A stretch of DNA of 43,874 nucleotides. It comes from Amoeboaphelidium protococcarum X5 (Eukaryota; Fungi; Aphelidiomycota). The notes beneath the pieces are model-generated. The model was not told where the DNA came from, did not search any database, and saw only the letters and a list, made by a program, of their open reading frames with translations. Positions 13,486 to 25,052 of this stretch are shown here, piece after piece. Numbering within the stretch: the first letter of the stretch is position 1; each line of letters opens with the position of its first letter. The DNA is taken from NCBI GenBank assembly GCA_023515725.1, contig JALDTO010000215.1, forward strand, positions 711,902 to 755,775, read 5' to 3'. The translations under genes and the position numbers were made by a program.

Positions 13486-14408
13486 TGATGTTGATATTGA
13501 TGAATTGAAAAAAATTGATTGTGTCGTTTTTGGGATAAGTTTAGCTTAAAATTAGCTTTACATGATGTTTATTATACATCGTACGATATGCAAGTTGAAT
13601 GCTTGAAACATTTGATGATGTCAAAGTCAACGCGTAAACTCTATTTATATATACAGGCAGCGTTATGAATAGTACCAAAATCTTGTGATGTTGACTTTGA
13701 ATCAATCCCTCTAATAAAAATTTTGACACATACTTGAACTAGTTGTGTTAATAATTCATAACCGTTAACGTGTGATGCTCTTACGTTTGACTGTGATTCA
13801 ATGAACGTCTCGTTTGCCTTCAAATGATTAATGATTGTGATAGCTTCGTCTAATAAAATTTGAAGCATGTTACAAAGGATATCGCAAAGTAATATCATTT
13901 ACTAAAGTTCAGTTTTCATGCTTGACAAAGAAATTCAAGTGATTACTATGGCTTCATTGTCCACATTGTGACTCGTTGTGTCAATGAACAACGTAATGAA
14001 ACTTTTCTGAGAGATAACGCGTAAATCTCCCCAGTTATAATCGACTAATCAAGAAAATTTAAAGGCGGCACTTACGGCCTTGCTGCTATGAGATGTTTCT
14101 GATTTGAAACAATTGTGAAAGATCGTGAGCACAATAAGAGCTCTTCAAGTTGGATGGTTACAGTAATGGCTAATAACACTTGTGTAGATATTTGTAGTGT
14201 TAATTGTCGTGCTTTTATTTATGCGTTCACAAGTTAGTTTTTTATCAATGGTAATTCAGTTTGATACTTCAACGGATGGTGTTGTGCTACCTGATTTTCT
14301 CGTAACAATAGACGCGTCTTTTACTTCTGGTTCTATCAGCAAATAACACACCATTAGGTATTATTTCATTAAGGATTTTGCTTTCATAGTCATATGTAGA
14401 GAATTTTT

Positions 14409-17400
14409 ATGCTTAACATAAATATATCTTTTAAAGATGAAGTTGGCGTCACAGCAACTTTAAGTCGACTGTCGCGTGAAGAACGTTCTATTGTCCAGCA
14501 TCTCTGGCTGCAAGGTAGTAAGTTGCGCTAGATACCTGAAGTCGTTTTTACTCTTATAAATCTGAAGACTCTGGATCTTGGTGATAATCTTATTGATAAT
14601 GTGCCGGATAAGATTTCGCTGCTTTAATAGTTGACTCTACTGGATCTTTCATGCAATTCATTGTCACGGCTGCCTCGAGAGATGGCAAATTGACACGGCT
14701 TGACACTCTTTACCTGTCTGGAAATTTAATGCATCCAGACTTATGCTTGAACTTTTACAAAGATAGAGCTGGTGTTTAGTAGCTTTTAAGATTCTTTGCA
14801 TCCAACACACTTATTCCCAGAGCAAAGTTAATATCCAAGAGAAGTTGTGAGGATATGTCTGATTCCAATCTTGCCATTGATGCGTGTCATGGTCCTCTGG
14901 AAAGTCGTAAACAATTGGTCAAATTAACACTTCATCATCAAGATAATGACGATTCTCTTATAGATGCTGTCCGACTAGGCTCAGTTCCATTATGTCTACA
15001 AATTCTGGAACGTTCATCACATCTCGTTAAATCGAAATGTCAGAAGTCTGGGCTCTATCCGCTTCATATTGCTGTGATGAAAGATAAGCCCAAAATATTA
15101 AATGCTCTGGTATAATGTGATTTAGCAGTGGTGAACGCTCTTTCAGCACATCAGGATACTGCGCTTCATTAAGCTGCTATGCACAATCGTTTGACGTGCC
15201 TCGAGATATTGCTTTGTCACGATGCTGATATTGAAGCTCTTGATATGTATGGTAATACCCCTTTACTTGTGGCTGCGTCCCGAGGTCATTTGAAGATTTG
15301 TGATGTCTTAATCGCGACTGGTGCTAATATGGGCATCATTAATCAATGTGGTATGAACGTTGAGAGTATACTTCATGAAAGTGTTGGATAAGATGCTGCT
15401 TAGAAATCTCTGAATAGATGGCGCGAGATTACTTAGTAGAGGGTGATTGATTAATGCTGTGCTGATATACTGCTATAGTAGTTTGGTGTGAAATAACTAG
15501 TATTCCAGTCAGGTGGGTTAGATTTTAATCACAAGATCAGTGGTCTAGTCAATTGTATCCGACAAGCTTGGTTGTCTGAACAATAATCATCTGAAATTTT
15601 TTAGATTTGCCAACATCTAGGTCGACAATAAGCAGGTGCGCTGGAAATTCTATTAAATGCACTTGCGATAGGTTCTCTTGTTCGTTATTAACTGACAACG
15701 TCTGATGAGATGCGAGCTGAACTATACTAGTATTTCGAGATGGGATAGACTAGTGGCTCTCTAAATCCACTTTGTTTAATTGCAACTGCTAGATTGTTAT
15801 ACTTGGAACGTGGTGATGCTGCTAGAGTAGATTATTTGGCATTGATCTACAAATTTAAAACTATGGTAAGTGATGGTACTTACTAAGGTTGGCTGACTAG
15901 TTACGAATCTGAGTTATTGAAAGAGAACTTTGAAAGCATTCGCCATAATGTCCTCCTTGAGTAAATTTCTAATTCTAAAGAAAATGATTAGTAAAAGTCA
16001 ATCTTAACTCTTGATCAGTAGCTTCTTGAAGAATGGACTACGGTGGCGGAGGAGCTCAAGCTTTCAGATGTGCAAAGAAAGCCTATGAACGAACTCATGG
16101 GTCTGGTTGGCTTGGTGGAAGTCAAGAGATTAGCAATGAATCTTTTTAAAGATTGTATTTAGAACGCAAGGCTTCTGGAATAAGGATATTCTGAGGCTGT
16201 GTTTCCCATGTCTTTGAATTTCATGTTTGTCGGTAATCCCGGCACTGGAAAGACCTTGGTAGCACAACTATTTGCCCAGATCCTGCATCAAAGTGGAGTT
16301 CGGAGTAATGATAAATTTGTTAAAATGACTGCTGGTGAGGCTTTGAGGAAGGGCATTAAAGCTTTTGCTGCCGATTTGGCAAGTCTGACAGGAGGAAGTT
16401 TGGTAAGTCCACCATGCAACCTTAACGATGTATATAGAAAGAATCTTCAGGTGGAGGTTCTCAGCAATGTTGATGGTCTCTGGTATGCTGGTAACATTTT
16501 GAATGCTGACGCTAATTCCAAACTTTACTCTGTAAAGTATACTGATGACACTGTAGAGGAGAATATCTCCCACTAACGCATCAAGCCGCTCTCTCAGAAA
16601 GCTCATTTGGGTGGTGTTTTGTTCATTGATGAAGCTTATGATTTGAATCCGTCGTCTGATACAATTGGTCGCGCAATATTGTCTGAGATTATGTCTGCCG
16701 CTGAAGAGCATTATAACAAGCTGACTATAATTCTGGCTGGGTACAAGGATGATATTGAATAGAATCTATGTGATTTCAATATTGGTATGTTTTCGCGTTT
16801 TTAGTGGGTATCATTCAACGACTTTACCGAGCCTCAACTTGGTCAAATCTGGAGCGGTATGGTTGATAAAGCTGGAATTGGCATCGAAGGGTCGAAAGAC
16901 TAGTTCACTGCGGTGGTTTAGCGCCGACTTGGAAGAGGGATTGGATGTAAAGGCTTCTCGAATGCTCGAAGTGTCCGGCAACTATTCCATCGGGCTGTGA
17001 TGTCTGCCAAGTCGAAGTATCGCGATGGTCGTTTGACGATGTGTATTGAAGATGTTATTGGTGCGCGGCCTCTCCCGGAGAATATTCCAGAGCTGGCCTC
17101 AGCGCTTAACAGGCTAGATTTTTTGATTGGAATTGAAGATGTCAAGTAGTAGATTCGAAGCATCCTTAAGACGGCTCAAGAGAACTATGATAGAGAACTT
17201 CGACTAGAACCGACCGATTCCATATGCTTGAACAGAATATTCTGGGGACCTCCTGGAACTGGCAAGACTACAGTGGCTGAAATCTATGGTCAAGTTTTGG
17301 CATCTTTGAACTTGCTAAGTAAGGGCGACGTGGTTAAGAAGACTGCTTCAGACTTTATTGGGTAATATATTGGTCAGACTTAAACTAAAACTAATTCCAT

Positions 17401-19279
17401 TATCAAATTGGCTCAAGGGCGCGTTTTGCTTATTGATGAGGCATATGCTCTGCTCGGTAGCTCTGCTAACGAAAAAAGTTTTGGCCAAGATTGTATCAAT
17501 ACTTTGGTCGAGAAAGTTCAAGGGTATCCAGGTGAAGATATTGCTGTAGTATTGATGGGATACAAGTCGGAAATGTAGTAGATGTTGAGAAATTCCAATA
17601 GTGGTCTTGGCCGTAGATTCAACGAGTAGACGGCGTTTGAGTTCAAGGATTTCACTAATGAGCAGCTTTTTCGTATTTTTACTAATGTCTGTACCCAGCG
17701 TTAGCTATCTGCATCAGTATCAGTGAGAGTCCATGCCGTGCAAATTCTTGAAAAAATGAAATTGTTGACCAATTTTGGTAATGCTGGCTCAGTGAACAGC
17801 CTGATCTCTGAAGCTGTGTAGAGAATGATAGCTAGAGGTGAGAGTAGTAGAAAGTTGATCGAAACAGATTTGGAGCATGAAGAGGTCGCTATATTGGCTG
17901 ATAGCTTGTAGTCTATCAGCAGTTATCCTGAACTTTATAAGGAAATGATGAATTTGCAAAGGATTATCAGCAGGCGTAAACAGGAGGGCCGCAATCTGTA
18001 GGATCTCGTCGGCCATTTTGTCTTTATTGGATCACCTGGTACTGGTAAGACTACCGTTGCCAGATAGCTTAGTGTCATTCTCCATAGTTTTGGCCTAATT
18101 GCATCTCCTAAATTGGTAGAAACTTCTGCATATGATCTGGTGGCTAAATACGTTGGCCACACTAGTGCTAATGTTGCCGAGAAGTTGAAAGAAGCTAAAG
18201 GCGGCCTGCTCTTTATCGATGAAGCGTATGAACTGGGATAATCTCAGTTTGGGAAAGACGCGGTTGCAACTCTGGTAAGCTCCCTCACTAAACCAGAGTA
18301 CATGAACGGGAAAACTGTTGTGGTGCTGGCTGGATATACTAAGTAGATGCACTAAATGTTTGAGCTAAATCCCGGACTGAAAGGTCGATTTAATAAGTTT
18401 ATATAGTTTACCGATTGGAATGCTGAACGCTGTGTTGAGTTTGTTAAAGATCAGCTTGCGCAGCTAAAACCTGCTGGCCTTTTTATAGAGCCATCTGCCG
18501 AGACCTCGCTGTCTGAAGGATTTGCAGCGTTGTTAAGTAAACCTGGATGGTGCAATGGTAGAGATGCCGTGGAAATAGTCCGTAAGATTTTGTTTCAAAG
18601 AGATTTGCGTCTCAGTGATGCTGCTGATGATTCAATGTCTTCCGTTGTCAATGCGGATGTAAAGCTTGCATTCGATGAGATGTTGATGGGGCGGCCTATG
18701 GTTGATGCGACTACTAGAGTAGCTGACGATATAATGCAGTTTGGTGAAGCTGCTGTTTAAATTCGTGCAGATGTCAGGCAAAGTGCTGCATCTGGCTTAA
18801 ACTCACGTCCTTGGAATCAAGATTTGGATTCTATTACAAAGAACTGTGCGGCAGTCGCGTGTTAACTTGGCCTTGATGAATGCAATTCGGCGTTGCCAGC
18901 TTAAGATAAGAGTCTATTACTAGACCCTCTTGAACCAAGCTAGTGGGAATGTGACACTGATCGCGCCGCTGCTTAAAAGGATAAAGATGATTTGGAGAGT
19001 TGCCGACTCAGTATGGAAAATGCTCAGAAATTAGTAGCGGATGCAGTTTAGTAAAACATGCCCACAGAAGAGCTGAGCAGACTTGAACGCGAATTATAAA
19101 TAGCTGAGAAGGTCCTTAGTGAATTGAAAGAGAAACTTTTGCAAGAATAGAAATTGCGCAATGCTCTTAGAAGAATTGGTAAATGCGCAATGGGATATGA
19201 ATGGCTACGTGAAGGTAGCGGATATAGATGCGCCGGTGGCTCACATTATGTACACGATAATCAACTAAATGAAATTTGA
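14409..19279 (+). CDS. LRR - ankyrin repeats - three CbxX/SpoVK-type AAA+ domains (first with a Tudor-like insert) - C-terminal Cys/His motif; apparent 1-nt frameshift at ~14685-14690
   Basis: LRRs (LKTLDLGDNLI, LTLLDLSCNSL, LDTLYLSGN); ankyrins (GLYPLHIAV, TALHQAA, GNTPLLVAA); Walker A GNPGTGKT 16232, GPPGTGKT 17246, GSPGTGKT 18029, each with a hhIDEAY Walker B; C-terminal IGKCAMGYEWLREGSGYRCAGGSH; main frame open 14690-19279. Confidence 0.85.
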
Positions 19280-19620
19280 ATATTTGCAATATACTGTAGC
19301 AATAACCTTTATCATTTACATTTTTGCCCATTCACGTACCGCCTGTTGTTTCATTAGATCTTGCAAAGTTCTGCTGAACAGCAATCGGCGCTCTCCGCGT
19401 CATATCAAGTTGAAACAACTCAACTGCCCCTGATTCTATCAACCAGTATCGCTCCCGTGTGGATTGACTATCAGCCCATCAGTGGCTGAATGGATTAACC
19501 AGCTTCTGTCATCATTCTGATTTTTAATTAAACATCACTGCGCCACTGCTCTCTTGCTTCTTGTTGATCTCAAGTGAACTTGTAAATCGTAATAAAATCT
19601 TGTCAAATACTTATATAGCA

Positions 19621-21864
19621 ATGGAGAACGTACTGGTGGCCAAGATTAATTCGCTGCTGTAGGATAACAAAAAGGAACCTCGCAATTACGTACTGCTAGT
19701 TGATGGAAGTGGTTCCATAGCACGCACCGACTTTAATGGCCCGCTGAAGTAGTCACTAACTCGCCTATGTCAAAACCTACTGGCCTCTAACAAATCTGCG
19801 CAGATTGCGGTATATCAATTCTCAGATCATGTTTAAAATCAGATTGGCTTTACCAACAACGCTCCGGCCTTGGTGTCTGCGATCACTAATATGAGTTAGA
19901 TTGGTCATGGCACTGCCACGCTGAATGGTGTGATGGCTGCTCATGAACTCATCAAGACTTAGTCGCGTCTGAGCTCTTTAATCATCTTCACTGATGGAAG
20001 TCCAAATGAAAATCAAGAACCGTATGACTACATTAGTAGTTCGATGCCTGGTGTTGATGTTCTCGCAGTTGGTATTGGTTGTGTTGTTGAGTAGAATCTT
20101 CGCGCAATGACCACCAGCGGGGAGCTGTACTTGGTGTAGAATTTTGATGCTCTGCTTTTGATCATGGAATAGGCGTCTCAAGTAGTTCCGGAACCTCCTG
20201 TCAGCCTTATGCTCACTTGTGGCGAAGACTTTAAAGGTTCAGATTTTGTGAAGAAGATGAATCTAAAGGTGATTTTGTCCAATAAAGGTGATGAAGAGCT
20301 AGCTGGCGGATTCACACTGCAATTCCAAGAATGTAAATACTTTGAAAGTAAGACTGTGTTGATACCTGACACGATTCCTGGAGATGAATCTGTGGAGAAA
20401 GATGTGAAGTTGATCATTCGTCCTGGAGCTGATACGGTTGATTTCCCTGAGATGCTCAAGTACACTATATCCTATGGTCCGGGTGGCAAGTGGCAAGGCT
20501 GTGCCACCTTCATTACTGGCTTCTTGCGTGGTGAATTCTTTACGGATCTCAAGTACAATATTCTACCTTTTGGCGGTAAAGGTCAAGGTAAGAGTTCGCT
20601 GATGAACTCGCTGGCCACCTGCTTGTCCAAAGGCAACTTTGTATTGGACGCGTTCTCTGAGTAAAATCAGAGTGATCATGTCACTGAGAAGTATTCCAAA
20701 CTGGACATGAGCGACTTTATCAATGAGCCGGGATGTGAGAATCTTCCATTCGTATTCTATGATATCTGGGGCACGGATCATGATAATATGGAAGATATGA
20801 AGAATATGTTCAACAATATTATTCGCGGCATGGTACCTGTGGGGACGCATCGTTCCAAGTTGACTGACGTTGATATGACTGCGCGCTCACCTGAGAATCA
20901 TATCCACTGTCTGCTGATTGTCATCCGCCTTTCTGCTTATTTGGACGAGGAGTTGATGGAGCAGGTTGCGTAAATCTCAAAGAAGTGGGCACAACTTGAA
21001 CTAATTGGGCCTATCGTGGTAGTTACTGGTATTGATTAGACTGATGATGAGGGCGCTCGTGAGGAGAGCATGAGAGAGATGTTGAATCGTTTGCCTGTGC
21101 AGAGAGACGTGTTCTTTGTACAGAACTACTCAAAGTAGAGAACTAGAAATGCCAAGATTGATATCTAGATGCGTCAAATCTTGCTGGCCATCCGCTAGAA
21201 TGCTGAGAGAAATATGCAGATTATCAACAAGTTCTTCAATGTGTCTCCTCTTCGCCGTCAAGTGCAGTTTTAGTCCAATGTTCCATCTGCAGCTAATGCG
21301 TAGAATTAGTATGGGAATAGCAGCAACAATTATGTGAACGCACGTAGTCCATATAACTTTTCTGCTTCTAATGTGACTACAATCCATCAGAATGCGTTAC
21401 CAATCTCCGACTCTCGTTCATCTATGGATTCAGGCGTTGATTGTGCCAGCTCTGGTTTGAAGTAGATTTTGGTTGATTTGAATATTCAAGATGCGAATTC
21501 TTCTCTTCAAGGTGTAGAAATTGTTGATTTTCAAGGTCTTTCGCTGCAAGAGATTGTTGCAGAGCTGGAGCTTTTCGATGGATTCACGGCTGAAGAACGT
21601 CTGAAGATTGCCGAGTCGATTTACACTCAGTTGAATGCTCCTGAACAGGGAGCGTAATTAAAAGCATCTCAATGGAAGGATGTGATACCTCCTGGTCTGC
21701 ACAAATCATGTCTCGGTGCACTAGAAGCTAGTGGTATGACTCCTGAGAACTACAACGATGTTAGCTAGGATGAGATTTTATCGAATCTGAGGGATGACTT
21801 GGGATTCTCCAAGATTCAAGCCAACGCAATATCACGCGCTATTTTGTAGTATAAAGCGCTGTGA
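19621..21864 (+). CDS. vWA domain - beta-rich domain - IFI44-like P-loop GTPase - two SAM-like helical repeats, 747 aa
   Basis: MIDAS VLLVDGSGS, GTAT, IIFTDGSP, VLAVGIG; G1 GGKGQGKS (20572), G3 DIWG (20761), HIHCLLIV, G4-like VVVTGID, VQNY; single frame with TAR=Gln. Confidence 0.85.
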
Positions 21865-22090
21865 ATCTCTATTCAGACGGTCCTTTGAAATCGCACGAAT
21901 AGCAGAACTTTATTAATATTAGTGAAATGAAGTAATGAGTAATAAATAAATCAATCAAGAAATACCAATACGAGATTAAATTTTAATGTTGTCTGGATTT
22001 TCCCAGCACGTTTTGGCTAAGCCATCCAGAGATCAAACTCTCTCATCTCCTTGAATCACTAAGCCAATATAATTAAACTGTTTTCACATT

Positions 22091-22600
22091 ATGACAGCTT
22101 AGACTTTTGAAGACTTCTTTTAGCTATTCCTCAATCTGGATGTTTAGCGGTTTAATGGTTAAAGCCAGTAGCAGATTGTCGATTTCCTGAAGCAAGATCT
22201 CGATGGCAGAGGCTTAAAGTATAGCTTGCCCAGACTGCGAGCGTTCAGTCGCCATCTTGAGTAATAGTTATAATAGTAATAGCAAAGTATGACGGTTGAG
22301 ACTGATTTTATCAGCGAAGGTGATCCAACGCGTTCCGATAATGGTTACATGATGGTTGATGGTAAAGACTGGACATCATACCAAGATGCTACTGAAAATG
22401 GCAATCAACAGTAGAATACATCAACTGTGGCCGAGGGAGATTTGTCAAAGGAAGTCAATTTACTGCGTAATAAGTTGAGGCAATAGGAGGAACGAATATA
22501 AAAATTGGAGCAAGTTATTAGTAGATTTACTCATACTGAAGTCGCGTTCTAAACGTTCATCTCTAAACTTCATCACGGGTTGGCGCCAACTAAGAACTGA
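22091..22600 (+). CDS. Hypothetical protein, 169 aa: N-terminal SAM-like helical motif, Gln-rich linker, C-terminal coiled coil
   Basis: ATG to TGA open with TAR=Gln; Gln tract encoded by TAA TAG TTA TAA TAG TAA TAG CAA; heptads LSKEVNLLRNKLRQQEERIQKLE. Confidence 0.7.
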
Positions 22601-22729
22601 TTTGTTATTCAGACTGACTGACTGAGGACTTTGTATGAAGATCTTGCGTAAATGAAATAAAATCAACAATAAAAATGAAATGTAATAGTATTTGAATATA
22701 ACAATTATTCGTATTTAAAAGTGGACATT

Positions 22730-23629
22730 TCATTGCAGCAAAACTTGGCACAAATTTTACAAGTTACTAAACGTGTCAGGATCACCAACACGAATTTCTT
22801 TGAATGTAGAATCCAACTGCAGGTTAAACAAGTGATCAAACCGAGTATCAACTTTAACTGCTCCATTTCCAGCAACTAGAACTACTCCGATCAACTTGGC
22901 TAGAGACTTCTGTCTGGCTACGGCAACCTTCTCATTCACCGACTAACCGGGCTAATTCTTACGTGGCTGAGTATCAACACGACTACCACTGGCAAACAAG
23001 ACCCAAATGGCTTTCTTCACATTATCAATCTCTGATATGTCCGACACGAAATTGACATCAACGTTGAAATTCTATCTGATCAAACCAGTTAGAGACTAAA
23101 CATGAGAATCAGCGCAGTTACAACGATCAATATAAATCTAGAGTGGCTACGGTGAGAAATAATTCTTTACTTTAGAAAATGCACCAGTAACACCTGATTA
23201 TTTCTGAGACTATTTTACAGTTTGCGCATAGTTCATCGCATTTGATTAGCCATGATGAGGATTATGCTAGACTTGATAATTGTGGTGACTCTGATCTTGG
23301 TTCATCATCATCATTGGTGCATTGTGAGGATCTTCAAACTAAGATAACGACGCGTCAACACCAAGTTTAAGTACATTGCGCAACTGCTAGCTGAAATTCA
23401 TACAATTCTTCACTTCACTTTACAGAAAGGAAATTTCTTTAGACTATTATTATACTAATTGATACAGATCAGAATTGTCTTTCTATAAACTGCTAATGTT
23501 ATCCCGCTGTTGATCAAGGCGCGATTACAGCTAGTCAACTTTGGAGTTCAGCTAACTTATCTACTACTGTTACATAACACACGAACCTTTGCGCTAATCC
23601 TCATCTTCACTATTGACTTTGGTGGTCAT
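22730..23629 (-). CDS. Hypothetical protein, 299 aa: N-terminal coiled coil, Q/N/H-rich linker, C-terminal alpha/beta domain
   Basis: ATG 23629 to TGA 22730 open with TAR=Gln; includes track ORF 22757-22939. Confidence 0.7.
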
Positions 23630-23860
23630 TGTCACTATAATCTTCGTACAAACCCAGCCAAGCGCGGTAATCATTAAGCGCGCAAATCAGTAGATAAGTA
23701 CGATGTACTACTTTGCTCGTTTGATCGCCTAAATTCAGCTCAATTGTCTAAACTCGTCCCCACCGCTGTTTCGCAGTCTGAAATCCCATCAAACTGGAAG
23801 TGGAATAGCCATCAATAAAATATCATCATTCTAGTTGCTAATAAAAGTCTAACAGACATT

Positions 23861-24826
23861 ATGAACATTCATATAAATAATCTGGTTATAAAGTCTAGTC
23901 ATCAAGTAGAATTCTTTGAGGATAATGCAAGCGAACTGAATTTGAATGAGGATTTGTACGTCTGTAACAAGTGTGGACTCTACTTCCCCAGAGCCGAGTG
24001 GTTTCAAGTGCATCATTGTACACAAGCCGACTGGCCTACTAGCAATAATCGTAATTTGGTATATCAGCATGGATAAGAGTACAGGATATACCGAGTCTCC
24101 CCTTCAGATTATAAATTATACTGCCAGTGCCTATGTCTGCTGGGCAAGTCGTTCATGAAGGAAAAGACCACCTTCTTCTACCTGGAGGGATTCGATTTCT
24201 ATGTCACGTACTCTATGAAGGATAAATCTCTGCTCGGATTCTTCTCTAAAGAACTGGACAGTGTCGGTGGTTGGAATTTGGCATGTATAGTGGTGCTGCC
24301 ACCATATTAGAAGACTGGTATCGGGAAATTGATGATAGACTTGAGCTACTGGGTATCGCGTGCAGAGTAGAAGATTGGATCTCCAGAGAGACCATTGTCT
24401 AGCCTTGGTCGCCTCTCATATACTTCGTATTGGATTTCTCTTATAGTTCCATACATGTTATCTATAGTGTCGTAATCGGGAGATTCTTATGGTGCAGGAT
24501 AGAGGGGGAAATCAACGAGACGGCAGGCTCAAACTCAAATTACTGTAGCTGAACTATCTGCAGCGCTGTACATTTAACCTGATGATATTCTACTTGCACT
24601 CAGTCAATATGGACTTGTACAGCATGCAACATTGTAGAAAGATGTGGTGGTCACATGGGAAATGTTGCATTAAGTTGCTATAAAGTAACTAGATAAATGG
24701 AGATTATAGTTGCGAATTGAACCATCCAAAGTTAAATGGAATAATATCCCGTCAATTGTTGAATTTGACACGTTGGATACCCAATGGCAACAATTGTTAG
24801 AACTACCTGTAACTTTTGATTTGTGA
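23861..24826 (+). CDS. MYST-family histone acetyltransferase (catalytic domain only), 321 aa
   Basis: Zinc-finger-like LYVCNKC, YCQCLCLLGKSF, GFFSKE, NLACIVVLPPYQKTGIGKLMIDLSY (Q = TAG at 24308), GSPERPLSSLG. Confidence 0.9.
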
Positions 24827-25052
24827 AGGTCTATTATATGACAGCCGCTCGCCGAGAGTCATTAATTCAGTACGCTGATATATAATCATTACTTGGATCC
24901 AACATTGTTAAGTATAATTCAAATGCGATGTACTCAGCTCGTAGAAGTTATACGTATCAATTACGAAACTAACGTGTAGAGCCACCCCAAATACTTTAGT
25001 AGATATATTTAGCAGTTCATTTATATTAAGTGACTAATGGTCACTATTAACA

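Noticed and set aside
13541-14400. Possible gene or remnant between vinculin and the LRR-AAA gene (ORF 13641-13898 -)
   Set aside because: Upstream frame is closed by TGA and no motif is recognisable; long ORFs arise easily when only TGA stops
24968-24995. AACGTGTAGAGC resembling a stretch of vertebrate U3 snoRNA
   Set aside because: No box A/A', B, C or D context; short chance match
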